Origin: a virus
Taxonomy: Duplodnaviria > Caudoviricetes
DNA length: 46,788 nucleotides
IMG/VR virus record: IMGVR_UViG_3300029822_000018
Location: 1 to 46,788 of that record
Reading direction: 5' to 3' (one strand)
Under the pieces are notes generated by a model, which saw only the letters and a list, made by a program, of their open reading frames with translations, ran no database searches and had not been told where the DNA came from. A program made the position numbers and the translations under genes. Of this stretch, positions 28,805 through 37,421 are shown in pieces; positions within the stretch are counted from its first letter, which is position 1; every line of letters begins with the position of its first letter.

Positions 28805-29058
28805 GACTCGCCACCCTTCTTTAAACCCCACTCAAATTCTTTAAAGCCGCCATTGGATTCGACATCAGCCCACACGGAAGATGCTACAGACATGGAAATG
28901 ACTCCAATCAGGGAACCACGTAGCCGCGTGGGAGTATAAACGTCTGTCGGCTCAATTACCACAACATCTACCGGTTCCGGAACCGTATCGAGGAGTTTTG
29001 GAGTTGAGCCGCCGACAATGACGGACGCCATGCTCTTCAAGAAATCTCTGCGATTCAT
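28801..29058 (-). CDS. Hypothetical protein with Tat-like N-terminus
   Basis: Begins MNRRDFLK. Confidence 0.65.
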   Translation of the reverse strand: MNRRDFLKSMASVIVGGSTPKLLDTVPEPVDVVVIEPTDVYTPTRLRGSLIGVISMSVASSVWADVESNGGFKEFEWGLKKGGES

Positions 29059-29067
29059 GATTCACCT

Positions 29068-29295
29068 CTACAAAACCGCCTGCATCAGTACGATCACCGC
29101 CAAGCCGACGATCAACGCAAGCGAGGCAGCCAACAAGAGACGTAGGTCCTGGATCTTCGCCCTGGCACTAACAAGTTCATTCTCCACGCGTGAAAAACGT
29201 TTGTAGACGTTTTCGAACTCGTCTTTCGTGATCGGCTCAAACCAGCCTTCAATCCTGCCGTGCTCATGGGCCTGTGTCGTGTCTTTCGTCGTCAT
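29068..29295 (-). CDS. Small coiled-coil protein with C-terminal TM helix
   Basis: GAGGTG RBS, ATGA overlap, hydrophobic C-terminus. Confidence 0.65.
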   Translation of the reverse strand: MTTKDTTQAHEHGRIEGWFEPITKDEFENVYKRFSRVENELVSARAKIQDLRLLLAASLALIVGLAVIVLMQAVL

Positions 29296-30098
29296 CTCGC
29301 CACCTCTTCTTTCTCTGTTGTTGCTGCTACGAATTCCCGTCCCCAATCGTCAGTTGGGATCAGGATCCCGTCTCTTACTCGCCTTATGATTGCTGTCTGA
29401 AAACTGGTTGGGTTCGGCTGGATCGAGAGCAGGGTCTTGCGACCATAGGTCATCCGGTCGGTTAGAATCGACGCCACCCAATCGGCCCGGCCCCGGGTCA
29501 TCATCGGACCCATCACGTCCTCAAGGACCAGGATCCCCTGGGCTCGCTTCGCCGCCAGGACTGTGGGTGAGTTGAAGTACGTCTTGCCGTGCTGCTCCTC
29601 CTGGATCATGGCATCGGCCAACTCTTGATGCGCCATCATAATGGCCGGTTTCCCTGCCCTCAGGAACTCCCGCAGGATTGCCCACGCTAGGTCCTTGGAC
29701 TCTCCCAGCAGGACGCACTGCGACTTGTCCGAGCTGATCCACTCGATCACAAGCCGCTGGATTGTTCGGTCGTACCGAGAAACGCTTGACCATCGGTACT
29801 GCCTTGGGATGTCATCGAGGCTTTGCGCAAACGGCCGCCTGGCCGGCTCAATCTGGATGTATTTTTTCCCCGGCTCCTGCTTGTCGTTGCGCCTCCACCC
29901 GTACTCAGCCAGCCGCATTGGTGAGACCTCATCCATGGCGCAGGTACCACAAAGCCAACGCCCGCCGGGTTGTTGGTGGAAGGCCAGCTCGTCGTCCTCT
30001 CCGAACAAGGCCGGCTCCTTAAAGATGCGGAAGTAGTCACGCTCTTCAATCGCCTTCTGACTGCATCGTAAACACTCAATCGAATCAGTCGTCTCCAT
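29292..30098 (-). CDS. Degenerate DnaC/IstB-like protein lacking Walker A
   Basis: IPRQYR, LAWAI, ILVLEDV and R....RKTLL parallel the upstream paralogue; no GKT. Confidence 0.6.
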   Translation of the reverse strand: METTDSIECLRCSQKAIEERDYFRIFKEPALFGEDDELAFHQQPGGRWLCGTCAMDEVSPMRLAEYGWRRNDKQEPGKKYIQIEPARRPFAQSLDDIPRQYRWSSVSRYDRTIQRLVIEWISSDKSQCVLLGESKDLAWAILREFLRAGKPAIMMAHQELADAMIQEEQHGKTYFNSPTVLAAKRAQGILVLEDVMGPMMTRGRADWVASILTDRMTYGRKTLLSIQPNPTSFQTAIIRRVRDGILIPTDDWGREFVAATTEKEEVAR

Positions 30099-30864
30099 AG
30101 TCAGCCTCCGTCATTTCTCGAAGGCGGTGGTCTGGGCCGTCGATGAAGAGATATTCGCCGTTGGCAATTCTCGACGCCCATCTTTGACCATAGCCCTCCA
30201 TCAGGATGAGGTCCTCAATCGAGTATTCGGACGTAAAGACAGTCCGGAGGGACCGCTGGGACCTGTATTGAATCACTGGGTAAAGCTCACGCCGAACCAG
30301 TGGGACCTCGTTGCCGAAATCGTCAAGGACAAGGATCCCATCGAATTTGGTGATCTCTCCCTCGCGTTGCGCCCGGTCCTGGATACTCAACCCGAGCAGC
30401 TCAATCCCGAGAACCGGCATGTCGATCCACATGGTTGGATGCTTGACCTCGCCATTGATGAGCCCAAGCTCGTTTTCAATCACGATAGCCCAGGCCACGC
30501 GCGTTTTCCCAATCCCGGCCGATCCGCCAAGGTAGAGAAACCGCATGGCCTTGTTCGCCTCCCAGCGCTTCACCGCCTCCTGAATCTCGCTGGAAGCGTC
30601 GGAGACCTTGGCGTCCATGTATGGCTCGGGCACCGTTGCCAGGTATTCTCTTGACCGCGCCTCACGAAGCCGTTTGATTTCCTGCTCCTTGGCTTCCCGG
30701 TCGTACTTGTCCCAGCAGGTCATACAGATCCTGCCGCCCTTGTTGTCTTTGGCGAAATCTCGCCCATCACGCTGGCCCCTCCATCCGCACTGAACGCCAG
30801 CGATGATCACCGGAACGCCTACCTGCCCGCAGTCATCGCAGTTTGCCTGTCGAATCTCAGCCAT
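30085..30864 (-). CDS. DnaC/IstB-like AAA+ helicase loader
   Basis: GSAGIGKT, LVLDDFG.E, R....TVFTS, SRI, GPD.R. Confidence 0.9.
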   Translation of the reverse strand: MAEIRQANCDDCGQVGVPVIIAGVQCGWRGQRDGRDFAKDNKGGRICMTCWDKYDREAKEQEIKRLREARSREYLATVPEPYMDAKVSDASSEIQEAVKRWEANKAMRFLYLGGSAGIGKTRVAWAIVIENELGLINGEVKHPTMWIDMPVLGIELLGLSIQDRAQREGEITKFDGILVLDDFGNEVPLVRRELYPVIQYRSQRSLRTVFTSEYSIEDLILMEGYGQRWASRIANGEYLFIDGPDHRLREMTEADYGDD

Positions 30865-31984
30865 TGCGCACCTCCCTATCTCCGTTTGCCTTGATCACAA
30901 TTTGTGGCTTCCTGTAAGCCTTGGCCCAGTCTGGGTTGTTCTTCTCGTGGGTCGTCTGCGGGTAAAGCCGTTCATTCCTCGGCTTGGCCCCGTTGACACG
31001 GACCGACCCGTTGGTTGGCCTTGCCGTCAAGACCTGCCCAGGTGGGGGGGTGTTGGGGAACACTACGCCCTTCCAGTTGTTGTCTGCCGACTGGTTGAGC
31101 AGGTGCACCGCTTCCTCTGGCGAGAACGGCCCCAGCTTGGCGACTGTGCGCTTGATGGCGTTCTCGGTCAGCCAGCATCGCATCGATTCCCGGCTGGTTA
31201 GCCACTCGTCAAACGCCTCCCTGACCTCTGGCTTGTCCAGGTGCTCCGGAAGCGGAAACGCCCCGGCTTTGTAGCTGGCCATTGCCTGCGCGTGCATCGC
31301 CTGCTTGGTAGGAGCTTTGGTCCTGGAAGCCTTGGGTGGAGTCGCCTCCTTCGGCTCCTCGACCTGGATGGGTGTGTCCTCGCGTGCGCGCGCGCATGCG
31401 ACATCTCCCTTCTCTGTATCCCATTCTTTATCTTCTTCTCTTCTTACATTCTTCTCATTGTCGGGTGAACGTCGGGTGATCGGACCCATTGCTGTCGGGT
31501 GAACGTCGGGTGATCGGGTTTCCGATTCTTCGAAGTCGTTATCTAACAGGTCGTTATAGTACTCTCTACTTGTCGGGTGATCGGACCTCTTGCTGTCGGG
31601 TGATTGTCGGGTGAAACCTTGGTATTTTTCCCAGTTCAAAATCCGGATATGGGTGTAGCAACCTTGGGCTTTTGGCTTCAGGATTTCGATATACCCATCC
31701 CGGGCCAGGTGCTTGATGGAGTCATGAACCGACGAACGATGTGGGGACTTGAAACCACGCCCCTCCTGGCATTTGATCCGATCGGCGATAGCTGAAAGCG
31801 ACAAGTAGCACTCGCCGCGATGAACTACCGTGCCGTCAGGCATGACCCTTGGCTTGCCGCCATGCCTCGCGCAAAGAAGAAGATGGAGCCATATCCGAAG
31901 CTCAAGGGCCGGACCGTTGTAAATCGGAGAATCCAGAATAGACCTGTGCAACTTGATCCATCCTTGCGCATACTTTGGGTCCAT
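30857..31984 (-). CDS. Phage replication initiator (lambda O/DnaD-like)
   Basis: GWIKLHRSI, I.I.NW.KYQ, C-terminal NNWKG; contains internal iterons. Confidence 0.88.
   Translation of the reverse strand: MDPKYAQGWIKLHRSILDSPIYNGPALELRIWLHLLLCARHGGKPRVMPDGTVVHRGECYLSLSAIADRIKCQEGRGFKSPHRSSVHDSIKHLARDGYIEILKPKAQGCYTHIRILNWEKYQGFTRQSPDSKRSDHPTSREYYNDLLDNDFEESETRSPDVHPTAMGPITRRSPDNEKNVRREEDKEWDTEKGDVACARAREDTPIQVEEPKEATPPKASRTKAPTKQAMHAQAMASYKAGAFPLPEHLDKPEVREAFDEWLTSRESMRCWLTENAIKRTVAKLGPFSPEEAVHLLNQSADNNWKGVVFPNTPPPGQVLTARPTNGSVRVNGAKPRNERLYPQTTHEKNNPDWAKAYRKPQIVIKANGDREVRNG
31411..31614. repeat. Putative replication origin: 7 GTCGGGTGA iterons plus adjacent pyrimidine/AT-rich tract
   Basis: Copies start at 31460, 31471, 31494, 31505, 31572, 31595 and 31606, inside the initiator gene. 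Confidence 0.85.
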
Positions 31985-31987
31985 GGG

Positions 31988-32365
31988 CTACCTCCAGCCC
32001 TCTGTGAAATACTTGTCAAATTCACAGAATCTGATGTAGGTGCCGTTTGCTGTTGGTACTACATCGATCAGGCGTTTGTCTCTGATACTATGGAGAGCCC
32101 TACGGACCGAAGACTTGGACGGGACGTGAAGATTGCCGCTCTCGTCAGTCCACTTTATGTCGTCAGATATCCTAGAAAGGCTCGCGAACGCCTCGCCCTC
32201 GCAGATGGCAGCCCCGTTCGGTAAATAGGCTGGCTCTTTGCATTTGTGGATGCTGCATACAATCCATAGCCAGACCCTGCTCTCGATTAGGGACGCCTTC
32301 CATGCAGGGGATTCAATTACCCACGAAAACGGATTACCAAAACTCGGCTGGTGAAGCTCTCTCAT
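31988..32365 (-). CDS. Winged-helix paralogue of the initiator N-terminal domain
   Basis: LPNG....GE...SLS.I...IK...P..SSV resembles MPDG....GE..LSLS.I...IK...P..SSV of the initiator. Confidence 0.7.
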   Translation of the reverse strand: MRELHQPSFGNPFSWVIESPAWKASLIESRVWLWIVCSIHKCKEPAYLPNGAAICEGEAFASLSRISDDIKWTDESGNLHVPSKSSVRRALHSIRDKRLIDVVPTANGTYIRFCEFDKYFTEGWR

Positions 32366-32408
32366 AGCAACTCCTTCTGTGAGATCGAACCTTCTGAAAG
32401 AGTAAACT

Positions 32409-32468
32409 GACCGGCAACCGCAGAAGGTTTCGGCTGTCCCTGGCTCATGACTTCCAGGTAAGCCGGTC
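32409..32468 (-). ncRNA. Structured C4-antisense-like regulatory RNA
   Basis: Outer stem GACCGGC/GCCGGUC, hairpins CCUGG/CCAGG and GCCG/CGGU. Loop CCUUCUG is complementary to two downstream CAGAAGG sites. Confidence 0.55.
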
Positions 32469-32517
32469 CTGATTCAAAGATAACCAAATGGCATGGAAAA
32501 TCAACTAACATGTTGGT

Positions 32518-32898
32518 TCATTCTCGTGGGATTTCGCGGGCTTGGAAAGCCCTTCGTAGCATCTCCATCGTTTCCCGGGTGTTAAGATCCTGCGGAATGC
32601 GTTGGATGACCAGCCAGCCAAGGGCCGCAGCCCAGGAGAGTTTTTCAAGGTCCTTCACGTACCCAACCCCGTGGGTGTGGCGCCCTCCGGTTGGCGTGAA
32701 GACACCCCCGTTGCATTCAAGGGCGACCTTATGCGCCGGCCATGCGTAGTCGAAACGCCAGCGCCGACCAAGGGCCTCCCTCGCAAAAGCGACCTCCATC
32801 TCCGGGATCGGTAGCCCGTAGGATTCGCATGTGCGAGGGAAGACCCTCTTTGCCATGGCTGGCCCAAGCCTGTTGGATCGTCTGGCCATGCTGTGCAA
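32518..32898 (-). CDS. PD-(D/E)XK endonuclease-like protein (DUF559/Vsr-like)
   Basis: E..F...RRWRFDYAWP..KVALE..GG...GRH..G.GY..D.EK...A..GW. Confidence 0.85.
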   Translation of the reverse strand: MHSMARRSNRLGPAMAKRVFPRTCESYGLPIPEMEVAFAREALGRRWRFDYAWPAHKVALECNGGVFTPTGGRHTHGVGYVKDLEKLSWAAALGWLVIQRIPQDLNTRETMEMLRRAFQAREIPRE

Positions 32899-32908
32899 TT
32901 GCCACTCC

Positions 32909-33364
32909 TTAGCTGTCGAGGGGCTTTGGTGCCGTTAATTCCGCCAGCCTCAGCCGCGCGGGAATCGATGCGATGTGATCGCGTACACGTATGTTTGCAT
33001 CGCTCAATCCTCTCGTTGGTGTCGTGCCTGCAATCACGCTTCCTGATGTTATCGCCCTTCTGCCCTTGGTTACCTTCGATGAAGCCTCTTGGATCCTCTC
33101 ATCCGGAGCAGCAATTTTGAAACCTACATTCGGAATACAGATGATGACCGAGTTGTGTTTCCGGAATGACATGCGCCTCCACCTACTGGTTATAGTCCGG
33201 AACCTACTATCATCCCTCTCTGTATGGATCAGCTCTTCGACCTCCACGTAGGGTATCACGGTCCCAGGCTTGGCATCATCGTACCGGTTGAGCAGTATAT
33301 TCACCTCCGCGTTTGTTGGCACTCCGCCAAACACCAATTTCCCTTCACTGATTGCGCTTGTCAT
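32909..33364 (-). CDS. Accessory protein coupled to the RAMP-like gene
   Basis: ATG 2 nt after the upstream stop with GGAG RBS; basic, possibly winged helix. Confidence 0.75.
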   Translation of the reverse strand: MTSAISEGKLVFGGVPTNAEVNILLNRYDDAKPGTVIPYVEVEELIHTERDDSRFRTITSRWRRMSFRKHNSVIICIPNVGFKIAAPDERIQEASSKVTKGRRAITSGSVIAGTTPTRGLSDANIRVRDHIASIPARLRLAELTAPKPLDS

Positions 33365-33366
33365 GT

Positions 33367-34026
33367 CTAGATCTCCTTTATAGTCGCCTCGAATGTCCCG
33401 AATTGCCCAGGTGTTTTGCTCGAAGGTCTCCAGTCGCAAAGGCCACATCTGGCTCCAGCGAAGGTAAAAATATCCTTCAAAACAGCCTTTGTTATTGTTG
33501 AGTCCATAACCGTGATTGTGCCGGTTGCTTGCCAATTTGCAAACCTCGGCCTGACTCGAATATGCTTTGATGTTCCAATCTTAGCCCGCTTCACGAAAAG
33601 CATGATCCCAAGTTCCTCGGCTACTTCAAGATGCTTTTCGAAATCATTTTCATTCAAAAGCGCCTTGATTGGCTCGTAGTCGATATCATGACCATCCACG
33701 ATTAATGGCCAGCCGATTTCATTTACGATGATCCCGCTTTGTGTTTGCGCCTTGAATGTCTTTTGACCCTTCCCGGTGGGGACTTGCGCACCTCCTTCCC
33801 TCAGCATCGTCATCAAGTTATCAGAATCTATAACGACCTTGCCGCCTTCGATATACAGGCACCCGATCCAAGTCCACGCTGGGCTCCTATCGTCACCAGC
33901 AACCGACACGTCTCTATTTGCAGGATCCTTGGTCCATTTCTTGACCCGCTCTCCATGCTGGACGTTGTCCTTGTGCATCAGTAAATCCCGCATTCCGTTT
34001 AGTGTCACCATGTAGTTCTTCTGCAT
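33367..34026 (-). CDS. RAMP/Cas7-like RNA-binding protein (Vipr-like)
   Basis: beta1 Y.VTL.G..DLLMH, helix VIDSDNLMTMLREGG, basic thumb KRAKIGTSKHIRVRPRF, C-terminal G-loop GLCDWRPSSKTPGQFGTF; adjacent to the GGC-NN array. Confidence 0.7.
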   Translation of the reverse strand: MQKNYMVTLNGMRDLLMHKDNVQHGERVKKWTKDPANRDVSVAGDDRSPAWTWIGCLYIEGGKVVIDSDNLMTMLREGGAQVPTGKGQKTFKAQTQSGIIVNEIGWPLIVDGHDIDYEPIKALLNENDFEKHLEVAEELGIMLFVKRAKIGTSKHIRVRPRFANWQATGTITVMDSTITKAVLKDIFTFAGARCGLCDWRPSSKTPGQFGTFEATIKEI

Positions 34027-34076
34027 CTTGCCCAACCTTTCGTCGTCTCGTTTTTCATTGCCGGGTTTTACGCGTC

Positions 34077-34237
34077 CCGCCGCGCCTTGAACCTCGCCAC
34101 GCCGAGCCTAGCCTCGCCCCGCCTGGCCCCGCCTGGCCCCGCCAAGCCTTGCCCCGCCTTGAACCTCGCCTTGCCCCGCCTGGCCATGCCACGCCCCGCC
34201 CGGCCTCGCCAGGCCTTGCCGAGCCTTGAACCTCGCC
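34077..34237 (-). ncRNA. GGY-NN pentamer array (putative guide RNAs, VIPR-like)
   Basis: 28 phased GGC-NN pentamers plus 3 GGTTCAA heptamers; intergenic between ssb and the RAMP-like gene. Confidence 0.8.
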
Positions 34238-34250
34238 ATGCAAGCGAATG

Positions 34251-34679
34251 CTAGAACGGCTCCGCCTGGGTCGTTGCGGGCTCATAGTCGCGCCGATCCT
34301 CCGGACGCGATCTCGCCTTGTTTCTGGGCTCGTAGTCCTGATCTTTGACCACATAACCAATCGCCCTGGATGACACCGCCTGGGCCGTCAGGACCAGTCT
34401 GGACCGAGGCTGACCATCCGGACCATTCCAGTTCTGTTGATCGAGCCCGCCGTAAAACGTCAGGTGCGAGCCCTTCTGCATCGCCGAAACCGCCTTGGCC
34501 AGACCGCCCCAACAGGTCACCGTCAGAAACACGGTGCCTCCGCCTTTGCCTCCGTCGTAGACCGGTTTGTTGTGCGCCACTCTGAACGTCGTTACCGGGT
34601 TGCCGTTTTGCGTAAAGTGCAATTCTGGGTTTTCCACCAGATTGGCGTTAATTGTCACTTGGTTGATAGGGGTATTCAT
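34251..34679 (-). CDS. ssb: Single-stranded DNA-binding protein
   Basis: NQV.I..NL...PEL..T..G..V..F.VA, F..V.CWG..A, G.L.Q.NW, C-terminal EPF. Confidence 0.92.
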   Translation of the reverse strand: MNTPINQVTINANLVENPELHFTQNGNPVTTFRVAHNKPVYDGGKGGGTVFLTVTCWGGLAKAVSAMQKGSHLTFYGGLDQQNWNGPDGQPRSRLVLTAQAVSSRAIGYVVKDQDYEPRNKARSRPEDRRDYEPATTQAEPF

Positions 34680-34965
34680 GCTGATTGATTTCCTCCAGTA
34701 ATTTCTCAAAAACAGGTTCTGTTATTTTCGCGAATTGGGATGAAGAGACGGTCAAATCGGCGCCAGAATTAAGCAGGTTTTGGGATGATAAAATAAAGAC
34801 CGCCGTATTCCAGACAAATTCGACTATCGCTTTCTTAAGTTCCGCGTTCTCAAACATTTCCAAAACCGTCTGTTGTATAACAGCTCCCGCGATTTCCTGC
34901 TGCGCCTGGTCAACCGGTCGAGTGAAAAGGGCGAGGTTTTTATCTGTTGAATTTGACACTTTCAT
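34648..34965 (-). CDS. Hypothetical protein
   Basis: GAGG RBS; fills the gap; AT-richer than neighbours. Confidence 0.55.
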   Translation of the reverse strand: MKVSNSTDKNLALFTRPVDQAQQEIAGAVIQQTVLEMFENAELKKAIVEFVWNTAVFILSSQNLLNSGADLTVSSSQFAKITEPVFEKLLEEINQHEYPYQPSDN

Positions 34966-35043
34966 GACTCAGCCTCACCCGTTTTTTTTTGACTCAAAAA
35001 CAGCATCTGGGAATCGCGGGAGTATCATTTCAATATGGCCTTT

Positions 35044-36171
35044 CTATTTTGTTTTGCGCATTTCTTCAGTTGGCTCCCCGGTCTCGGTCGGGACGTTCTG
35101 GGCAAACCATTCCTTACCCTTCACGATCGAGGGCCACCGCCCCGCTTGTTTACCACCACGTGCGATGATTTCCTCCAATTTTCCGACCTCGACCTTGCAG
35201 ACGGCGAGGAATTCATCCATCCGCAGGATGTCCTTGACCCGCTCGTAAGCACCAACCAGGTCCGTGATCTTCCGTGCTCCGGACTTCATGGAGATTTTCA
35301 GCCCATCAACCTGCCCGCCAGAGTTCTGTGTCTCCTTCACGATATCCCGCACTCTGGCCAGGATGACCTTGCTTTTTGCCTCTACGCTTTTGACGATGTT
35401 ATAGACCAGTCTTGCGTTCTCAGGCCGGATCATGGAGAGGACAACCTCATCCGCCTCCTGGATAAACTGCTCGTTGGCTCGCAGCTCCGGACAAAACCCA
35501 CGTGCCCGGCAATAGGTACACTGCGGACCGGAATTGAGGACCAGCTCCCGCCTGGATGCAGTGTTCCTGATCCGTCGCAGGCTCTCGGTGATCGCGTCCG
35601 GATCGGTGAACGTGTAGCTTGCCTCGATATGGAGCCTTGGTTGTAAGAGGATGCACTCGGCCTCGCTCGCTCCAAACCGCTGCATCGCCCCCGCCGCATA
35701 GGCCGCGAACTGCTCATTCTCGATGGGGTCATCCACCGGGTTGTAGCCGAATTTGAAGTCCACGACCACGACCCGACCGGCCATCTCGTGATCGGGAGGA
35801 TAGACCCCGATCCCGTCGGAGGTGCCTCTCGAAATCAGGACCTCGTCAGGGTCGAACAGCCCCGGGGCCACAACCTCAATCTGTTGCTCTGGATGCCAGG
35901 TGATCCCATCGAAGCTTGCCAGCCGCTCGTCCACCCATTCCAGGGCCTGGAGTTGGTCAGCGCTCATGTCCTTGCGCAAGCTCTTATCCCAGACCGCGGC
36001 GTGTAGGTCAGTCCCATCCTGTGCCCATTTGCTGGCGATGTCATCAAGTCCAAGCTCCATCCGTGCCGATCCAGGGCAGGCCGCCCGCCTGGGCATCGAG
36101 GACGCCCGGAAGAGTTCATCGGGAAGCGATAGGGTCAAAAGCATTTCAGATCTTTCCATTTCGTTCTCCAT
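35044..36171 (-). CDS. PD-(D/E)XK exonuclease (DUF2800/Cas4-like recombination nuclease)
   Basis: S...R..ACPGS, GT.LH, E, GTSD, VDFKFG, Q...YA, C.YC.....C. Confidence 0.88.
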   Translation of the reverse strand: MENEMERSEMLLTLSLPDELFRASSMPRRAACPGSARMELGLDDIASKWAQDGTDLHAAVWDKSLRKDMSADQLQALEWVDERLASFDGITWHPEQQIEVVAPGLFDPDEVLISRGTSDGIGVYPPDHEMAGRVVVVDFKFGYNPVDDPIENEQFAAYAAGAMQRFGASEAECILLQPRLHIEASYTFTDPDAITESLRRIRNTASRRELVLNSGPQCTYCRARGFCPELRANEQFIQEADEVVLSMIRPENARLVYNIVKSVEAKSKVILARVRDIVKETQNSGGQVDGLKISMKSGARKITDLVGAYERVKDILRMDEFLAVCKVEVGKLEEIIARGGKQAGRWPSIVKGKEWFAQNVPTETGEPTEEMRKTK

Positions 36172-36212
36172 TCAAGTTGAAAGGGCGCCACGAAGGACGC
36201 CCCAGTCATTAA

Positions 36213-37421
36213 TTACAGGTCGAGGCTCTGCTGCATCGCCTCATCTATCGCAATGTCGATCTCATCCGCCGTGAGGTCAGCCACCTTGCGCCGCAGCTCG
36301 CCGATATTGTTGCTGATCATGTCGACCATCTCGGGTTTCAGATTCTCGATCGGCTGATCCTTCCCGAGCCATGGCCGTTCCATGTTGCGTAGAACATATG
36401 CCACCAGCGCGGGGTCGAGTTTTTCGGTCTTCAGGATTTCCAGGATTCCAGGCTGTTCCGTAGACGGATCCTCTGGCACATCTTCCCATTCTTGGATGGG
36501 ATCAGGCTCCGCTTTCGGCTTGGACTTGGCCGCCTTCGGCTTTGCCGGTGGCTCGGGCTTGGATTCAAGCGGGCTTTCCAGGTCCGTCGGCTTGAAGAAA
36601 TCGCTCTTTTTGCCGAACCCGTCATTGATCGACGCCCAGACCTTCCGCAGCCCTGCCAGCTCTCGCTCCGTCATCGATTCGAGGGAGTGACCCATCCGCA
36701 CTTCCAGGTCCTGAACCGTGACCCCCTGCTCGCGGAATGCCTCAACCATCTTGTGGATTCGGTCTTTGAGAGGGACACTGCCACTACCAAGGGCCATCGT
36801 TTTGTTGCATGCCTCGACCGCCGCCTCGACGATGTCGCCGGGTATGATCGCCAGGATCGCTGCCCGCAGACGCCGGGCTCCCTGGTTGGCGCCGATCTCG
36901 TAGATGTCTCTGGGGTCTTCTAGCTGTTTGATTCTGCCGTTTGCCTTCATCGAATGAACGACCGTGAACACCTTGACCGCCCTGGTCAGGGTCTCTAGGT
37001 CCCAGGCATATGCCATCATGACCGATTCCCCCTCACGCTGCTCAAGCTCCAGGGTCCCAAACTCGATGTTGCCCCAGTTTTGAGCGATGACCTCAGCAAG
37101 CCTGATACTTGGGCCCTCGATCTTTTGACCACCCCTTGGGTAGGAGTAAATCGCCGACTCGGCCAGGCTGAACCGTTGGCACGCCTGCATGATCCTGTCA
37201 TAGGCCAGCATCTGGTTGCGCGGGCTCATTTTGGCCATCAGGATGGCCGCCTGTACCTCCTGGGCGTGCCGGGTGGCCATCGCCGCCGCCTGGTTGCCCA
37301 AGGTGCCGACCCCGCCGCCTGCCGCAAACGTTTGGGCGATCTCGCCGCCGTTTCCGCCGTTGCTCTTCTGGGCTGCCTTCGCGCCCTGGAAGAAGGTCAT
37401 TGCCGCCGTGCTATTGCTCAT
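36213..37421 (-). CDS. Putative ssDNA-annealing/recombination protein
   Basis: YSYPRGG..IEGPSIRLAE, AWDLET, ARRLR..IL..IP; lies between the ATPase and nuclease. Function inferred from position. Confidence 0.6.
   Translation of the reverse strand: MSNSTAAMTFFQGAKAAQKSNGGNGGEIAQTFAAGGGVGTLGNQAAAMATRHAQEVQAAILMAKMSPRNQMLAYDRIMQACQRFSLAESAIYSYPRGGQKIEGPSIRLAEVIAQNWGNIEFGTLELEQREGESVMMAYAWDLETLTRAVKVFTVVHSMKANGRIKQLEDPRDIYEIGANQGARRLRAAILAIIPGDIVEAAVEACNKTMALGSGSVPLKDRIHKMVEAFREQGVTVQDLEVRMGHSLESMTERELAGLRKVWASINDGFGKKSDFFKPTDLESPLESKPEPPAKPKAAKSKPKAEPDPIQEWEDVPEDPSTEQPGILEILKTEKLDPALVAYVLRNMERPWLGKDQPIENLKPEMVDMISNNIGELRRKVADLTADEIDIAIDEAMQQSLDL

Noticed and set aside
34077-34237. Canonical CRISPR array or simple microsatellite
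   Set aside because: The delimiters are only 15 bp, the 'spacers' are themselves patterned, and there is no cas1/cas2. The NN positions are too diverse for slippage-derived repeats.
34055-34360. 101-aa Arg/Gly-rich ORF over the array
   Set aside because: It is a by-product of a stop-free 5-nt repeat, overlaps ssb, and the periodicity is 5 rather than 3.
35044-36171. CRISPR Cas4 adaptation gene
   Set aside because: Its context (ATPase, annealing protein, SSB) is the ordinary phage recombination module; no link to the array can be shown.
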